From assembly GCA_035627695.1 (NCBI GenBank), contig DASPLE010000112.1, positions 5,626-69,625 of the forward strand: 64,000 bases of DNA, read 5' to 3'. Position 1 is the first letter of the stretch; the number at the start of each line of letters is the position of its first letter. Origin of the DNA: Planctomycetota bacterium. GTDB taxonomy: Bacteria; Planctomycetota; UBA11346. The notes below the pieces were generated by a model, which ran no database searches, was not told where the DNA came from, and saw only the letters and a program-made list of their open reading frames with translations. The position numbers and the translations under genes are program-made. Below, piece by piece: positions 51,990 to 62,100 of this stretch.

Positions 51990-54167
51990 ATGCGCCTCGC
52001 GCTCGCCGTCGCCTGCACCCTGACCTGCCACCTCGCGACCGCCGCGGACAGGCCGGTCGTGCTCCAGACCGCGGTCGAGCCGATCGCCACCGTGCCGGCG
52101 CCGCCCGCGTGGGACCGCTTCACCATCCTCGTCTGGCAGATCAACACCGACGTGGTGAGCGATCGGGCGCTCTACGAGTCGGTGAACCTGCGCGGATTCC
52201 ACGTCGACCGCCGCAACGACAAGCTCCAGGAGTTCGCCCGCGAGACCGGCTGGCCCTTCTACGTCGACCACGCGGCCGACAAGGGCTACCTGCACGTCCG
52301 TCCGAATGTGATCGCCCCGCTGATGCGCAAGAAGGACATCATCGTCCGCCCCAACAGCCTCGCCGATCCGGCGACCATCGCGACGATGAAGGACCACCTG
52401 CGCGCGAACGTCGCCTCGGCGAAGGGTTCGTCGGTCGTCGCCTACGCCTTCGACGACGAGGTCTCCACCGGCAGCTTCTGCTCGCCGATCGAAGCCGACG
52501 GCCATCCGCTGTCCGTCGCCGGCTATCGCCGCGAACTGGAGCGCACCTACGGCACCATCGCCGCCCTGAACGCGCAGTACGGCACCGACCACCACGACTT
52601 CGCCGCGATCGAGCCGCAGAGCTTCGAGGCCTTCCGCCGCCAGCTGACCAAGGACGGCATCGCGACGCTCAATCTCAGCGCGTGGTGCGACTGGCGCGCC
52701 GCGATGGACACCCAGTTCGCCGACTGCCTCATCGACCTGACCAACTTCACCAACGGGCTCGACCCCGCGGTGCCGGCCGGCTTCGTCGGCGGGCAGAGCC
52801 CGAACGCCTTCGGCGGGTACGACTACCGCAAGCTGACCAAGGCCGTGCAGTGGATGGAGGCGTACGACATCGGCGCCTCGAACGAGGTGCTGCGCAGCTT
52901 CTGGGATCAGCGGAGCAGCCGCATGCAGACCTTCTTCTCGAGCGAGAACCCGAAGCTCGACTCGTGGTACCTGTGGTACTACCTGTGCCACGGCAACCGC
53001 GGCGTGATCGCGTGGCCGAACGTGGACGCCAAGAACCAGCCGTGGTTCGCCAACGGCGCGGTCGCCGACTTCATCGCCGCCAACGCCGAGACCTTCAAGG
53101 AGGTCCAGGGCCCGGTGTCGCAGAAGATCCTCGGCGGCGAGTTCGTCCACGACCCCGTCGCGCTCTACTATTCGCACCCCAGCATCCAGCTCAGCTGGGC
53201 GCTGGACGCGGCGCCGCACGGCGGCACCTGGCCGAACCGGCTGTCGTCGATGGACAACCACCTGTCGACCAGCGGCCTGTCGCGCATCGGCTGGCTCAAG
53301 ACGCTCGAGGATCTCGGCGTGCAGGGCAAGTTCATCCACCAGGACCACCTGCTCGAGGGCGCGCTGATCCGCGACGGCTACAAGGTGCTGGTGCTCAACC
53401 GCACGCTGTGCCTGTCGGACGCCGAGGCGACGGCGATCAAGGCGTTCGCGGCCAAGGGCGGCACGGTCATCGCCGACCACCTCTGCGGCATCTGCGACGA
53501 GCACGGCAAGGCGCGCGCGGTCGGCGCGCTCGACGACCTGTTCGGCGTCAGCCGGGATCTCGGCCGCGGCTGGCTGGACGGCGACGACATGACCGAGGTC
53601 GACGGCGAGCGTGACGACCGCCTCTCCGAGAAGAGCTGGGCGGTCGGCGCCGCCCGCAGCTCGGGCATGGCGGTGTTCGAGAAGGGCCTGAAGGCCGCGG
53701 ACGGGGCGACGGCGAGCGCGGCGGACGGCACCGCGGTGGTCGTGCACAAGGCTAGGGCCGTGTACCTGAACCTCTCGCCGATCGGCTACCTGCTGCAGCG
53801 CTCGAGCGACACCGCGGCGCCGTGGCTCGACTTGGTGGGCGGCCTGCTCAAGGCTGCCACGGTCGAACCGCGCATCCACGTCGCGGTCGGCGGCAAGGCG
53901 GCCAAGCGCATCGAGACGCTGTTCTGGAAGCACGGCGACCGCACCACGCTCTGCGTCGTCGGCAACATCGATCGCGCGGCGACCATCGACAGCTTCGGCA
54001 CCACCGGCGGCGCGCTCGGCGACGCCGAGGTCGAGCTGACGCTGCGCTTCGCCCGGCCGGTCAAGAAACTGGTCAACGAGCGCACCGGCGCCGCGCTCGG
54101 CGACGGCGCCGAGTTCAAGGACCGCTTCACGCCGTGGCAGGCGAACGTCTACACGTTCAGCGAGTAG
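51990..54167 (+). CDS. Secreted GH42-like beta-galactosidase-family protein
   Basis: ORF-track 725 aa. Signal MRLALAVACTLTCHLATA. Central region with Y..EL.R.YG.I..LN..YGT and a class-I-glutamine-amidotransferase-like trimerisation-type segment VLVLNRTLCLSDAEATAIKAFAAKGGTVIADH. Family call is moderate. Confidence 0.7.
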   Translation: MRLALAVACTLTCHLATAADRPVVLQTAVEPIATVPAPPAWDRFTILVWQINTDVVSDRALYESVNLRGFHVDRRNDKLQEFARETGWPFYVDHAADKGYLHVRPNVIAPLMRKKDIIVRPNSLADPATIATMKDHLRANVASAKGSSVVAYAFDDEVSTGSFCSPIEADGHPLSVAGYRRELERTYGTIAALNAQYGTDHHDFAAIEPQSFEAFRRQLTKDGIATLNLSAWCDWRAAMDTQFADCLIDLTNFTNGLDPAVPAGFVGGQSPNAFGGYDYRKLTKAVQWMEAYDIGASNEVLRSFWDQRSSRMQTFFSSENPKLDSWYLWYYLCHGNRGVIAWPNVDAKNQPWFANGAVADFIAANAETFKEVQGPVSQKILGGEFVHDPVALYYSHPSIQLSWALDAAPHGGTWPNRLSSMDNHLSTSGLSRIGWLKTLEDLGVQGKFIHQDHLLEGALIRDGYKVLVLNRTLCLSDAEATAIKAFAAKGGTVIADHLCGICDEHGKARAVGALDDLFGVSRDLGRGWLDGDDMTEVDGERDDRLSEKSWAVGAARSSGMAVFEKGLKAADGATASAADGTAVVVHKARAVYLNLSPIGYLLQRSSDTAAPWLDLVGGLLKAATVEPRIHVAVGGKAAKRIETLFWKHGDRTTLCVVGNIDRAATIDSFGTTGGALGDAEVELTLRFARPVKKLVNERTGAALGDGAEFKDRFTPWQANVYTFSE

Positions 54168-54171
54168 CAGG

Positions 54172-54247
54172 GCGCGAAGCCGGAGCCGCGAAGCGCGAAG
54201 CGCGAAGCTCGAAGCTCGAAGCTCGAAGCTCGAAGCGCGAAGCGCGA
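54172..54247 (+). repeat. Heptamer microsatellite, about 11 units of GCGCGAA/GCTCGAA
   Basis: gcgcgaa gccggag ccgcgaa (gcgcgaa)x2 (gctcgaa)x4 gcgcgaa gcgcga, beginning 5 nt after the stop codon at 54165-54167. Confidence 0.9.
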
Positions 54248-54303
54248 CGAGTCCATCATCCGACGCAATCCGCTCGCTGACCGCGAGCGACCAGGAGCAC
54301 CGC

Positions 54304-56499
54304 ATGTCCACCGCCGCCGCCGGTTCGCGTCTCGCAGCGCCGCAGCCCATGGACGACCGCGACTTCATCGCCTGGTTCGACCTCTCGCGCCCGGGCATGG
54401 ATGAGGCGCGCCGCCTGAGCGACGCGGGGTCGCACCACGCGGCGGCATTGGCGGCCGCGGCGGCGGCGAGCGGAGGCGTGGCGCCGGGCGTCATCCCCGG
54501 CGGCGAGATCGCGGCGATCCGCTCGGCGATCGCGCGCCATGCGCCAGGCAGCGTCGAGCACGAACGCCGCGTCGCCGAGCTGTGGCTCGCGCCGCGCCTG
54601 CCGGCGGAAGGCGAGCTGCCGTACGTCGACGATCGGCGCCTCGGCCATTACGCCCGCGTCGGGCGCGTGCGCGGCAACGAGACGCTGACGCTGGCGCTGC
54701 TCTTCGCGACGACCGGCGAGCGGCGCTACGCCGACGCGGCGATCGCGGCGGGCCTCGCCGCGGCGGCGCGGCTCGATCCGACCGGCGGTTCACCGACCAA
54801 CTCCTGGCATCCGGGCGCGCCGGCGGGCGGCGATCACGACGTCGAGCTGCAGCTGCAGTACTGGATGGCGGCGTGGCCGCTCATCGACACGGCGATGACG
54901 CCCGAGCAGCGCCTGTCGTGGATGAAGGCGATCCTGCCGGCAGCGCGGAGCCGCCTGATCGCCAACCGCGACGAGATCGCCTTCAACCTGTCGCTGCATC
55001 CCACGCTCTCGGCGCTGCTCGTCGCCGTCGCCTTCCCGGCGCTGCGCGACGCCGCGGGGTGGATCGACGAGATCGCCGCGCGCCTGACCACGACCTACGC
55101 CGGCGCGCCGTTCGCGACCGCCGACGGCTACACCCGCGAAGGCACCGCCTATCACGACGTCAACACGCGGCTCCTGGCCTGGGCGCACCTGGCGCTCGCT
55201 CGCGGGATCGGCCGACGCCTGCCCGCGCTCGCCACGGCCTGCGCCGGCGCCTTCGCCATGCAGGCGCTGTTCGTCTGCCCCGACGGTTCGGGCTGGATGG
55301 TCGGCGACGGCAACCGCCTCTCCCTGCACGAGCCGTGGGTCGATGCCCACGAGTCGCTGCACCTCGGCGCGGCGCTGTTCGACCGGCCGGAGTGGAAGGC
55401 CCTGGCGGGATCGGTCGCCACGACCGATCCGACGCTGCTCGACCTGTGGCTGATGGGCGCTGACGGCATCGCGCGCTGGGCGGCCTGGCCGCGCGTCGAC
55501 GTGGCGCGTCGCGACGTCGCCGACGCGCACGCGCCCGCGTCGTGCTTCCACGCGCTGCGCGCTGGTCGCGGCCTCGACGCGCACGCCGGGCTGCTGTGCT
55601 TCGGTTCGGAGATGAACCACGCGCACCACGACAAGGGCCAGGTGCTGCTCTACGGGCTGGGCCGGCACCTGCTCTCCGACCACGGCCATCCCGGCTACGG
55701 CCCGAGCGACATGGTCCCCGGCTACAGCGCGCGCATCCACGGCGTCGCGGCGGTCATCCGGCGCACGCCGATGGGGCCGCGCACCGATCACGCCGACTAC
55801 ACCGCCAGCCTGGCGCAGCTGAAGACCGAGCACATCTCGGTGGCGCTCGGTGAACATCGCTACTACGAGAACCACGTCGTGCAGCGCGCGCTCGCGCTGG
55901 TCTCGCCGTGGGGCGCGGCGGATCCCGGGCGAGACGCCTTCTGGCTGATCTGGGACAGCGTCACCTGGAAGCGCGGCTGGCCGGGCACCGCGCCCGAGTC
56001 GCACGAGCTGATCGACACCATCTTCCCGTTCCATGCCCCGGGCTGCGCCGCCGTCGTCTGCGACGGCGGGCGCAGCATCGTCAGCCGTTACGATGGACCG
56101 GACGGCGCGCCGTTCACCCCGGGCGGGCCGACGCGCGCGCAGCTGCGCGCAGCGCACGAGCTGTCCGATTCCGACGCCAACCTCCAAGTCACGCGCCTCG
56201 ACACGCCGGGCAGCGCGGCGACCTGGGACGCGGTCGTGCAGAGCGGATCGACCAACACCACCGGCGGACCGTTCGTCGAACGGCCGATGGGACTGTTCCG
56301 CTGGCGCGGGCGGCTGGCGCACCACGCCGCCTACGTGCTGGTGCCGTTCCGGGGCGTGCGCGGCGACGTCTTCGCACCGGTCGCCGGTGAAGCGGACGAC
56401 GACGGACTGATCGCGCGCGTCACCTTGCCCAGCGGCGTCGTGACGGTCTCGGTCGGCGGCATGCGCAACCATGCGCTGGTCGCCGCGGTCTCGCGCTGA
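54304..56499 (+). CDS. Heparinase II/III-family polysaccharide-lyase-like protein
   Basis: ORF-track 731 aa. FGSEMNHAHHDKGQVLLYGLGRHLLSDHGHPGYG matches the Hepar_II_III core pattern. The N-terminal half is an alpha/alpha toroid-like region. Confidence 0.7.
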   Translation: MSTAAAGSRLAAPQPMDDRDFIAWFDLSRPGMDEARRLSDAGSHHAAALAAAAAASGGVAPGVIPGGEIAAIRSAIARHAPGSVEHERRVAELWLAPRLPAEGELPYVDDRRLGHYARVGRVRGNETLTLALLFATTGERRYADAAIAAGLAAAARLDPTGGSPTNSWHPGAPAGGDHDVELQLQYWMAAWPLIDTAMTPEQRLSWMKAILPAARSRLIANRDEIAFNLSLHPTLSALLVAVAFPALRDAAGWIDEIAARLTTTYAGAPFATADGYTREGTAYHDVNTRLLAWAHLALARGIGRRLPALATACAGAFAMQALFVCPDGSGWMVGDGNRLSLHEPWVDAHESLHLGAALFDRPEWKALAGSVATTDPTLLDLWLMGADGIARWAAWPRVDVARRDVADAHAPASCFHALRAGRGLDAHAGLLCFGSEMNHAHHDKGQVLLYGLGRHLLSDHGHPGYGPSDMVPGYSARIHGVAAVIRRTPMGPRTDHADYTASLAQLKTEHISVALGEHRYYENHVVQRALALVSPWGAADPGRDAFWLIWDSVTWKRGWPGTAPESHELIDTIFPFHAPGCAAVVCDGGRSIVSRYDGPDGAPFTPGGPTRAQLRAAHELSDSDANLQVTRLDTPGSAATWDAVVQSGSTNTTGGPFVERPMGLFRWRGRLAHHAAYVLVPFRGVRGDVFAPVAGEADDDGLIARVTLPSGVVTVSVGGMRNHALVAAVSR

Positions 56500-56721
56500 C
56501 GCTCGCGGAAACGCCAACCGGACAGCGGTTTTCCCGATCCCACGAAGTGACACGCGAGGCCGCGCGCGGCGCCGGGCAGGCCGTCGCGACGCGCGGCCGC
56601 GGACTGTCTCAATCGCCGCGGACGGTGACGGAATGCGGCGCGAGGTTGTCGCGTAACGCGCATCCGCGCGTGGAGAGAGCCGCTGACCAGCTCCACCACC
56701 GCGCCGCGCAAGGACCTCCCC

Positions 56722-59091
56722 ATGATCAGCCGCTTCGCCGTCGTCTCCGGCGCGCTCTGCCTCTCGATCACCGCGGCCGGCGCCGCGACCAGCGCGGTCG
56801 GCGATCCGGAGATCAAGACCGATCATCCGTACTACCAGGGCGAGCTGGCCTACTCGACGGTCGACAACCTGGTCGCGTCGGCGCTCAACACGCCCGGCCG
56901 TCCGAGCACGGGCGATCCGGTCAAGGACACGATCCTCAGGCTCTACTACTGGCGCCTCGAGCACTACTACCACCGCATGAGCCCGGAGGAGTACAACCTG
57001 CCGGGCGTCGTTCCCAATCCGGCCAACAACAATCCGCTGATGATCGACTACGACTGCCTGTCGCAGCAGTTCAGCTACGGCTGGGGCCTGTGCGGCACGA
57101 ACCACGCGACCATCCGCCCGATCCTCGAGGCCGCGAACCTGCCGACGCGACGCCGCGGCATCAACGGCGACACCACGCACGAGGTCTACGCCAACGGGCG
57201 CTGGGTGATGATGAACACCGACAGCGCCAGCGTCATCTCGATGAGCAACAGCACGACGGCGGAATTCGCCGGCGTCGACGACCTGATCGCGAACAAGAAC
57301 CTGATGATCGCCAATCCGCTCGGCCTGCCGCAATACGCCTTCGGCAGCCAGGTCTCCGGCGCGCAAGGCACGCACTCGCAGGACTGGTACTACTACTACG
57401 ACACCGGCTTCGATCTGTCCGTCGCCGCCGCCAGCCGGATGTACGCGGAAGGCTACCAGGCGAGGCCGATCTCCTACGTGCTCAAGCGCGGCGAGACCTT
57501 CACGCGCTTCGCCGATCGCGACGGGCTGCCGACGCACCTCGGCGCGCCGGGCGCGTACCGCTGGTGGGGCTACGTCGGCGCCGGCGGCCCGTTCCGCGAC
57601 TGGTCGTACGTCGGCACCGCCACGGCGCCGGCGCTGAACCCGCCGCCGACCTCTCGCGCGCTGGCCAACACGCGCTTCGGCAACGGCATCTTCACCTGGA
57701 CGCCGAGCCTGTCCGCCGGCGACGCCGACGACGCCGTGGTGACCAAGGATCCTGCCATCGTCTACGCCACGACCTCGCCGCAGCTCGCCTCGTCGAGCGG
57801 CACCGCGACGATCACGCTGAGCTTCTTCAGCCCGTACACCATCGCCGCGGTGCCGTCCAACGGCGCCGACCCCGCGCTCCCGGGCGCGACGGGCGGCGCG
57901 TGGATCGTGCCGACCGCGGTCGGATCGGTGCCCTTCGAGATCTCGGTCAACAACGGCGCGTCGTGGACCGGCGCCGGCACCCTCTCGGGCACCACGCCGC
58001 TCGACTTCACCGACCTGGTCAAGGGCCGGCACGCGTACCTGATGCGCTTCACCGTCGGCACGGCGAGCGGACTCGACGGCTTCACGCTGCGCACCTGCGT
58101 CGGCGTCTCGGCCGCGGTCTTCCCGACGCTGAAGGACGGCGGCAGCGTGGTGACCTACAACGCCGGTCAGCGCGGCGTGATCGAGCAGAACCCGGACTTC
58201 AGCAGCCTCGCCAACGCCGACGCGTTCAAGGTCGCCGACAGCGGCAACGCGACGTTCACGCCCCTGACCGCGTCCAACACCTTCGCCTACCGCAGCACCA
58301 ACAACCAACCGATGTCGCTGACCTACCGGCTCGCGGCGCCGGCCGGCACGAAGCTCAAGCTGATCCATGCGGCGGCCGATGTCGGCAGCCGCAACCCGGT
58401 CCCCGCCGGCGCCTACGCGCGGCTGCAGTACTCGACCAACGGCGGCGGCTCGTTCGCGACCTTCGCCGACTACACGCCCGCCGCCGACAACGAACTGTCG
58501 CACGGCTGGGTCTATGGTTCGGCGGACGTATCCGGCGCGGACGTCGACGAGGTCCTGATCCGCCTCGTCACCTACAACGGCGGCTACACCGCCAGCGTCC
58601 GCTTCGTGCGGCTGTACGGCGAGCACGGCACGGGAACGCCCGGCCAGCTGACGATCGTGCACGGCTGGGACGATGCGACCGCCGCCGGACGAACGTTCAC
58701 GCACGTCGTCCCGGCCGGCACAAGCTCGACGTCGTACACCGTGCCGACCGCCGGCGCCGCGGTCAGCCGCAGCGTCAGCTTCAGCGTCCCCGCCTCGATC
58801 GGCGGCGGCGGGACGACCGGCTCCGGCACCACCGGCACGACCGGCACCGGCACCACCGGGACGTCCGGCGCCACCGGCACGACCGGATCCGGAACGAGCG
58901 GAACGACTGGCACCAGCGGCTCGGGCACCTCGGGGACGACCGGGACGGCCTCGACGGGCACCGCCGGGGGCGGAGGCAGCGGCTCGTCCGCGGGCACGGG
59001 CGACGTCGGCTGCGGCAGGGGCGGCGGCGTGGCGGCCGCCATCGGTGTCGCCCTGATGCTGGCGCTCGGCCTGCGGCGTGGTCGCGGCTGA
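56722..59091 (+). CDS. Secreted protein with transglutaminase-core-like Cys-His-Asp motif, Gly/Thr/Ser linker and Cys-containing C-terminal anchor
   Basis: ORF-track 789 aa. Signal MISRFAVVSGALCLSITAAGA. YGWGLCGTNHA...THEVYANGRWVMMNTD. Linker TGSGTTGTTGTGTTGTSG.... Tail GDVGCGRGGGVAAAIGVALMLALGLRRGRG. Confidence 0.75.
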   Translation: MISRFAVVSGALCLSITAAGAATSAVGDPEIKTDHPYYQGELAYSTVDNLVASALNTPGRPSTGDPVKDTILRLYYWRLEHYYHRMSPEEYNLPGVVPNPANNNPLMIDYDCLSQQFSYGWGLCGTNHATIRPILEAANLPTRRRGINGDTTHEVYANGRWVMMNTDSASVISMSNSTTAEFAGVDDLIANKNLMIANPLGLPQYAFGSQVSGAQGTHSQDWYYYYDTGFDLSVAAASRMYAEGYQARPISYVLKRGETFTRFADRDGLPTHLGAPGAYRWWGYVGAGGPFRDWSYVGTATAPALNPPPTSRALANTRFGNGIFTWTPSLSAGDADDAVVTKDPAIVYATTSPQLASSSGTATITLSFFSPYTIAAVPSNGADPALPGATGGAWIVPTAVGSVPFEISVNNGASWTGAGTLSGTTPLDFTDLVKGRHAYLMRFTVGTASGLDGFTLRTCVGVSAAVFPTLKDGGSVVTYNAGQRGVIEQNPDFSSLANADAFKVADSGNATFTPLTASNTFAYRSTNNQPMSLTYRLAAPAGTKLKLIHAAADVGSRNPVPAGAYARLQYSTNGGGSFATFADYTPAADNELSHGWVYGSADVSGADVDEVLIRLVTYNGGYTASVRFVRLYGEHGTGTPGQLTIVHGWDDATAAGRTFTHVVPAGTSSTSYTVPTAGAAVSRSVSFSVPASIGGGGTTGSGTTGTTGTGTTGTSGATGTTGSGTSGTTGTSGSGTSGTTGTASTGTAGGGGSGSSAGTGDVGCGRGGGVAAAIGVALMLALGLRRGRG

Positions 59092-59135
59092 CTGCGCCGC
59101 GCGCCGGCGGATCGCGGGGGGTATGCTCTCCCGGC

Positions 59136-62100
59136 ATGCGCGACCAACCGATCGGTGATCCGTCCGTCGCGGCCGGCGCGATGACGCCCGCGCGTCCGTC
59201 GACCAGCTGGGCGGTCACCATGCAGGCGACCCTGCGCGCCGGCGCCAACGACGGCTGGGAACGCGTGGCGCGCGACGCGCGCGCGGCGGCGGCGGCACCG
59301 GCGCTGCGCGGCGTCGATCTCGCCACGCGGCTGCGCGATGCCGGTCGCGCGGGCGACGAGGGCGGCCCGCGCTATCGCGTCGACCAGCAGCTCGGCCACG
59401 GCGCCACCGCCGGCGTCTGGGCGATCCACGACCGCAGCCTCGACCGCCCGCTCGCCGCGAAGGTCCTCGACGGCTCCGAGGTCGACCGTCATCTCGACGC
59501 GCTGATCGCCGAGGCGCGGACGACCGCGTCGCTGCAGCACCCGAACGTCGTGCCGGTGCACGAGATCGAGATCGGCGACGACGGCCGCCCGTACTTCACC
59601 ATGGATCGCGTCGACGGCCGCTCGCTCGGCTCGGTGCTGATCGCGTCGCTGCCGACGAAGCGCGACGCGGCGGTGCCCGACCTCAACGCGGTGGTCTCGG
59701 TGCTGATCGCGGTCGCCAACGCCGTGTCGTACGCGCACCATCGCGGCGTCATCCACCAGGACGTCAAGCCCGACAACATCATGCTCGGCACCTTCGGCGA
59801 GGTGCTGCTGGTCGACTGGGGATCGTCGCAGCGCCTGGATGTCGTGCCGCAGCGCATCTGCGGGACGCCGCTGTACATGGCGCCCGAGCAGGCGCGCCGC
59901 GGCCAGGTCGACCGGCGCAGCGACATCTACGCCCTCGGCGCGACGCTCTTCCACGCGCTCATGCTGCGGCCGCCGCTGTGCGATGACGACGAGGCCTCCT
60001 TCTGGCGGCGCAAGCGCGACGGCGACATCGACCAGCCGACCGCCGATGAACGGCGGCGCGTGCCGGAGGCGCTGACGGCGATCGCCGCCAAGGCGATGGC
60101 GACCGATCCGGGAGCGCGCTATGCCACGGTCGAGGCGCTGATCGCCGACCTGCGTTCGTACCAGGCCGGGCTGGCGGTGACGGCGCAGCGCGAGACCTGG
60201 ACGCGACGCGGCGCGCGCTGGCTCCGCCGCAACCGCCTCGCCATCGCCGTCGCGCTGCCGGTGGCGGCGACCATCCTCGTGCTCGTCGGGCTGCTCTACA
60301 GCCAGCGCCTGAAGCAGGTCGCGTTCTGGGGCCAGCCGGTCCTGCACGAGACCTTCGACGACGCGACGTTGGCGCGGTGGGCGCCCTCGCACGGGAACTT
60401 CGCCGTGCGCGACGGCGCGCTCGTCACGACCACGCGCACCAACATCCTGATCCTGCGCGAGCGTCTCACCGGCGACCTGGCGTTCGAATACGACGCGTGG
60501 ACCACGCCCGGAGCCCTGCCGGGCGACCTGTCCCTGATGTGGTTCGACGAGGTGCGGTTCGATGTGAACTCCGACGGCCACCCGAACCCCGGCCGCGCTA
60601 TCGCCGTGCCGGAACACGCGACCCAGGTCCAGTTCGGCGCCCACGACGGCGCCTACACCATGGTGACCATCGGCCGGCATCTGCTCTACGACGACGCGCG
60701 GCCGATCCCTGGACAACGCCATCACCTGCGCGTCGAGCTGCGCGACAACGTGCTGACCCTCGCGGTCGACGGCGTCGAACGCTGCCGCCATGTCGACGCG
60801 CTGCCATTCCGCGGCGGCTACCTCGGCCTGTACGGCTACTACCCGGGCCAGGCCTTCGACGACGTGCGCGTCTATCGCCGGCACCCGCCCGAGCTCGTTC
60901 CGGCATGCGCGGTCGGCGACTCCTACCTGCGCGACGGCGACCATGCCCGCGCGGCGGCCGAGTACGCCGTGGTCATCGCCGCCCATCCGGGAACCGCCAC
61001 CGCCGACGAGGCGGCATTCCGCGCCGGGCTGGCGCGGTGGCGCGAGGGCGACGCCCTCGCCGCCGACGCGCTCTGGCGGTCGATGGCGGGAACGACCTGG
61101 GACGACGAGATCGCGCTGCTGCGGCTCGACGCCGAGCTGCAGCGCGGCGCCGACGCCCCCCTCATCGCCGCGATCGACCGCCTGGCGATCGAGCGGCCGG
61201 CGCTGACGCATCGGCTCGGCGACCTGTGGTGCTCGGCGATGGAGGCGCTGCTCGCGCGACCGGCGACGGTCGCGAACCGCGCGCTCGCCGGCGCGTACCT
61301 CGAGCTGCGCGACCGCCGGCTGGGCGCGCACACGGGCTCGCGGATCAACGCCGCCCGCGGGCTGCTCTACCTCGAACGCTGGCAGGAGGTGCTCGACCGG
61401 TTCCCGCAGCAGCGCTCGCAATGCTGCGCCGCGCAGATCGCCCTCGGCCGCCCGGACGTGGTCATCGACCGCTACCCCGATCGCAACGTGATGGTCTTCG
61501 AGGCGCTGCTCGCGAGCGGTCGCTACGACGAGTTCGTGACCCGCTGCCAGATGGACAACGGCTACGACCCGCGACGCGACCGCCACGTGATGGGCCAGAT
61601 GGGCGAGACGGCGCTCGCGGCGGAGCTCTATCCCTGGGACCAGATGCGCCTGGCGGATGCCGGGATCTTCAGCGCGTCGACGACGCCGAGCCCGGACGAC
61701 TGGGGTTGGCGCCGCCGGATGGTCCTCTCGGGGCGCGCGGAGGCGATTCCGGCGGAGGCGGCGGCTGGCGACATGGCCGTGCTGATGGCGCTCGGCCGCA
61801 TCGACGACGCGCTCGCGCTCAGCGACCACCAGGAGCCGCGCTTCTACGCCTGGCCGCGGTACCTGGTCGGGCTGCGCGCGGCGATCGCCGGCGATCTGGC
61901 GGGGGCGCGACGCTGGTTCACCGTGCCGCCGAACCGGGTCTTCACCCAGCTGCGCTGCGAGCCGGCGCGCACGCTGATCCTGCCCTGGCTGCGCGAGCTG
62001 CGCGGGGAGAGCGACGCGCTCGCCAGGGCCTGCGTCGACACCCGCGACCGCTGGCGGTGGTTCGAGCGCCAGCGGGCATGGCATCTCGCGCGATACGTGC

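Noticed and set aside
58800-58990. Collagen-like (G-X-Y)n or other functional repeat in the Gly/Thr/Ser stretch of gene 56722-59091.
   Set aside because: Gly is not held at every third position (TGSGTTGTTGTGTTGTSGATG...). It looks like a flexible low-complexity linker before the C-terminal anchor.
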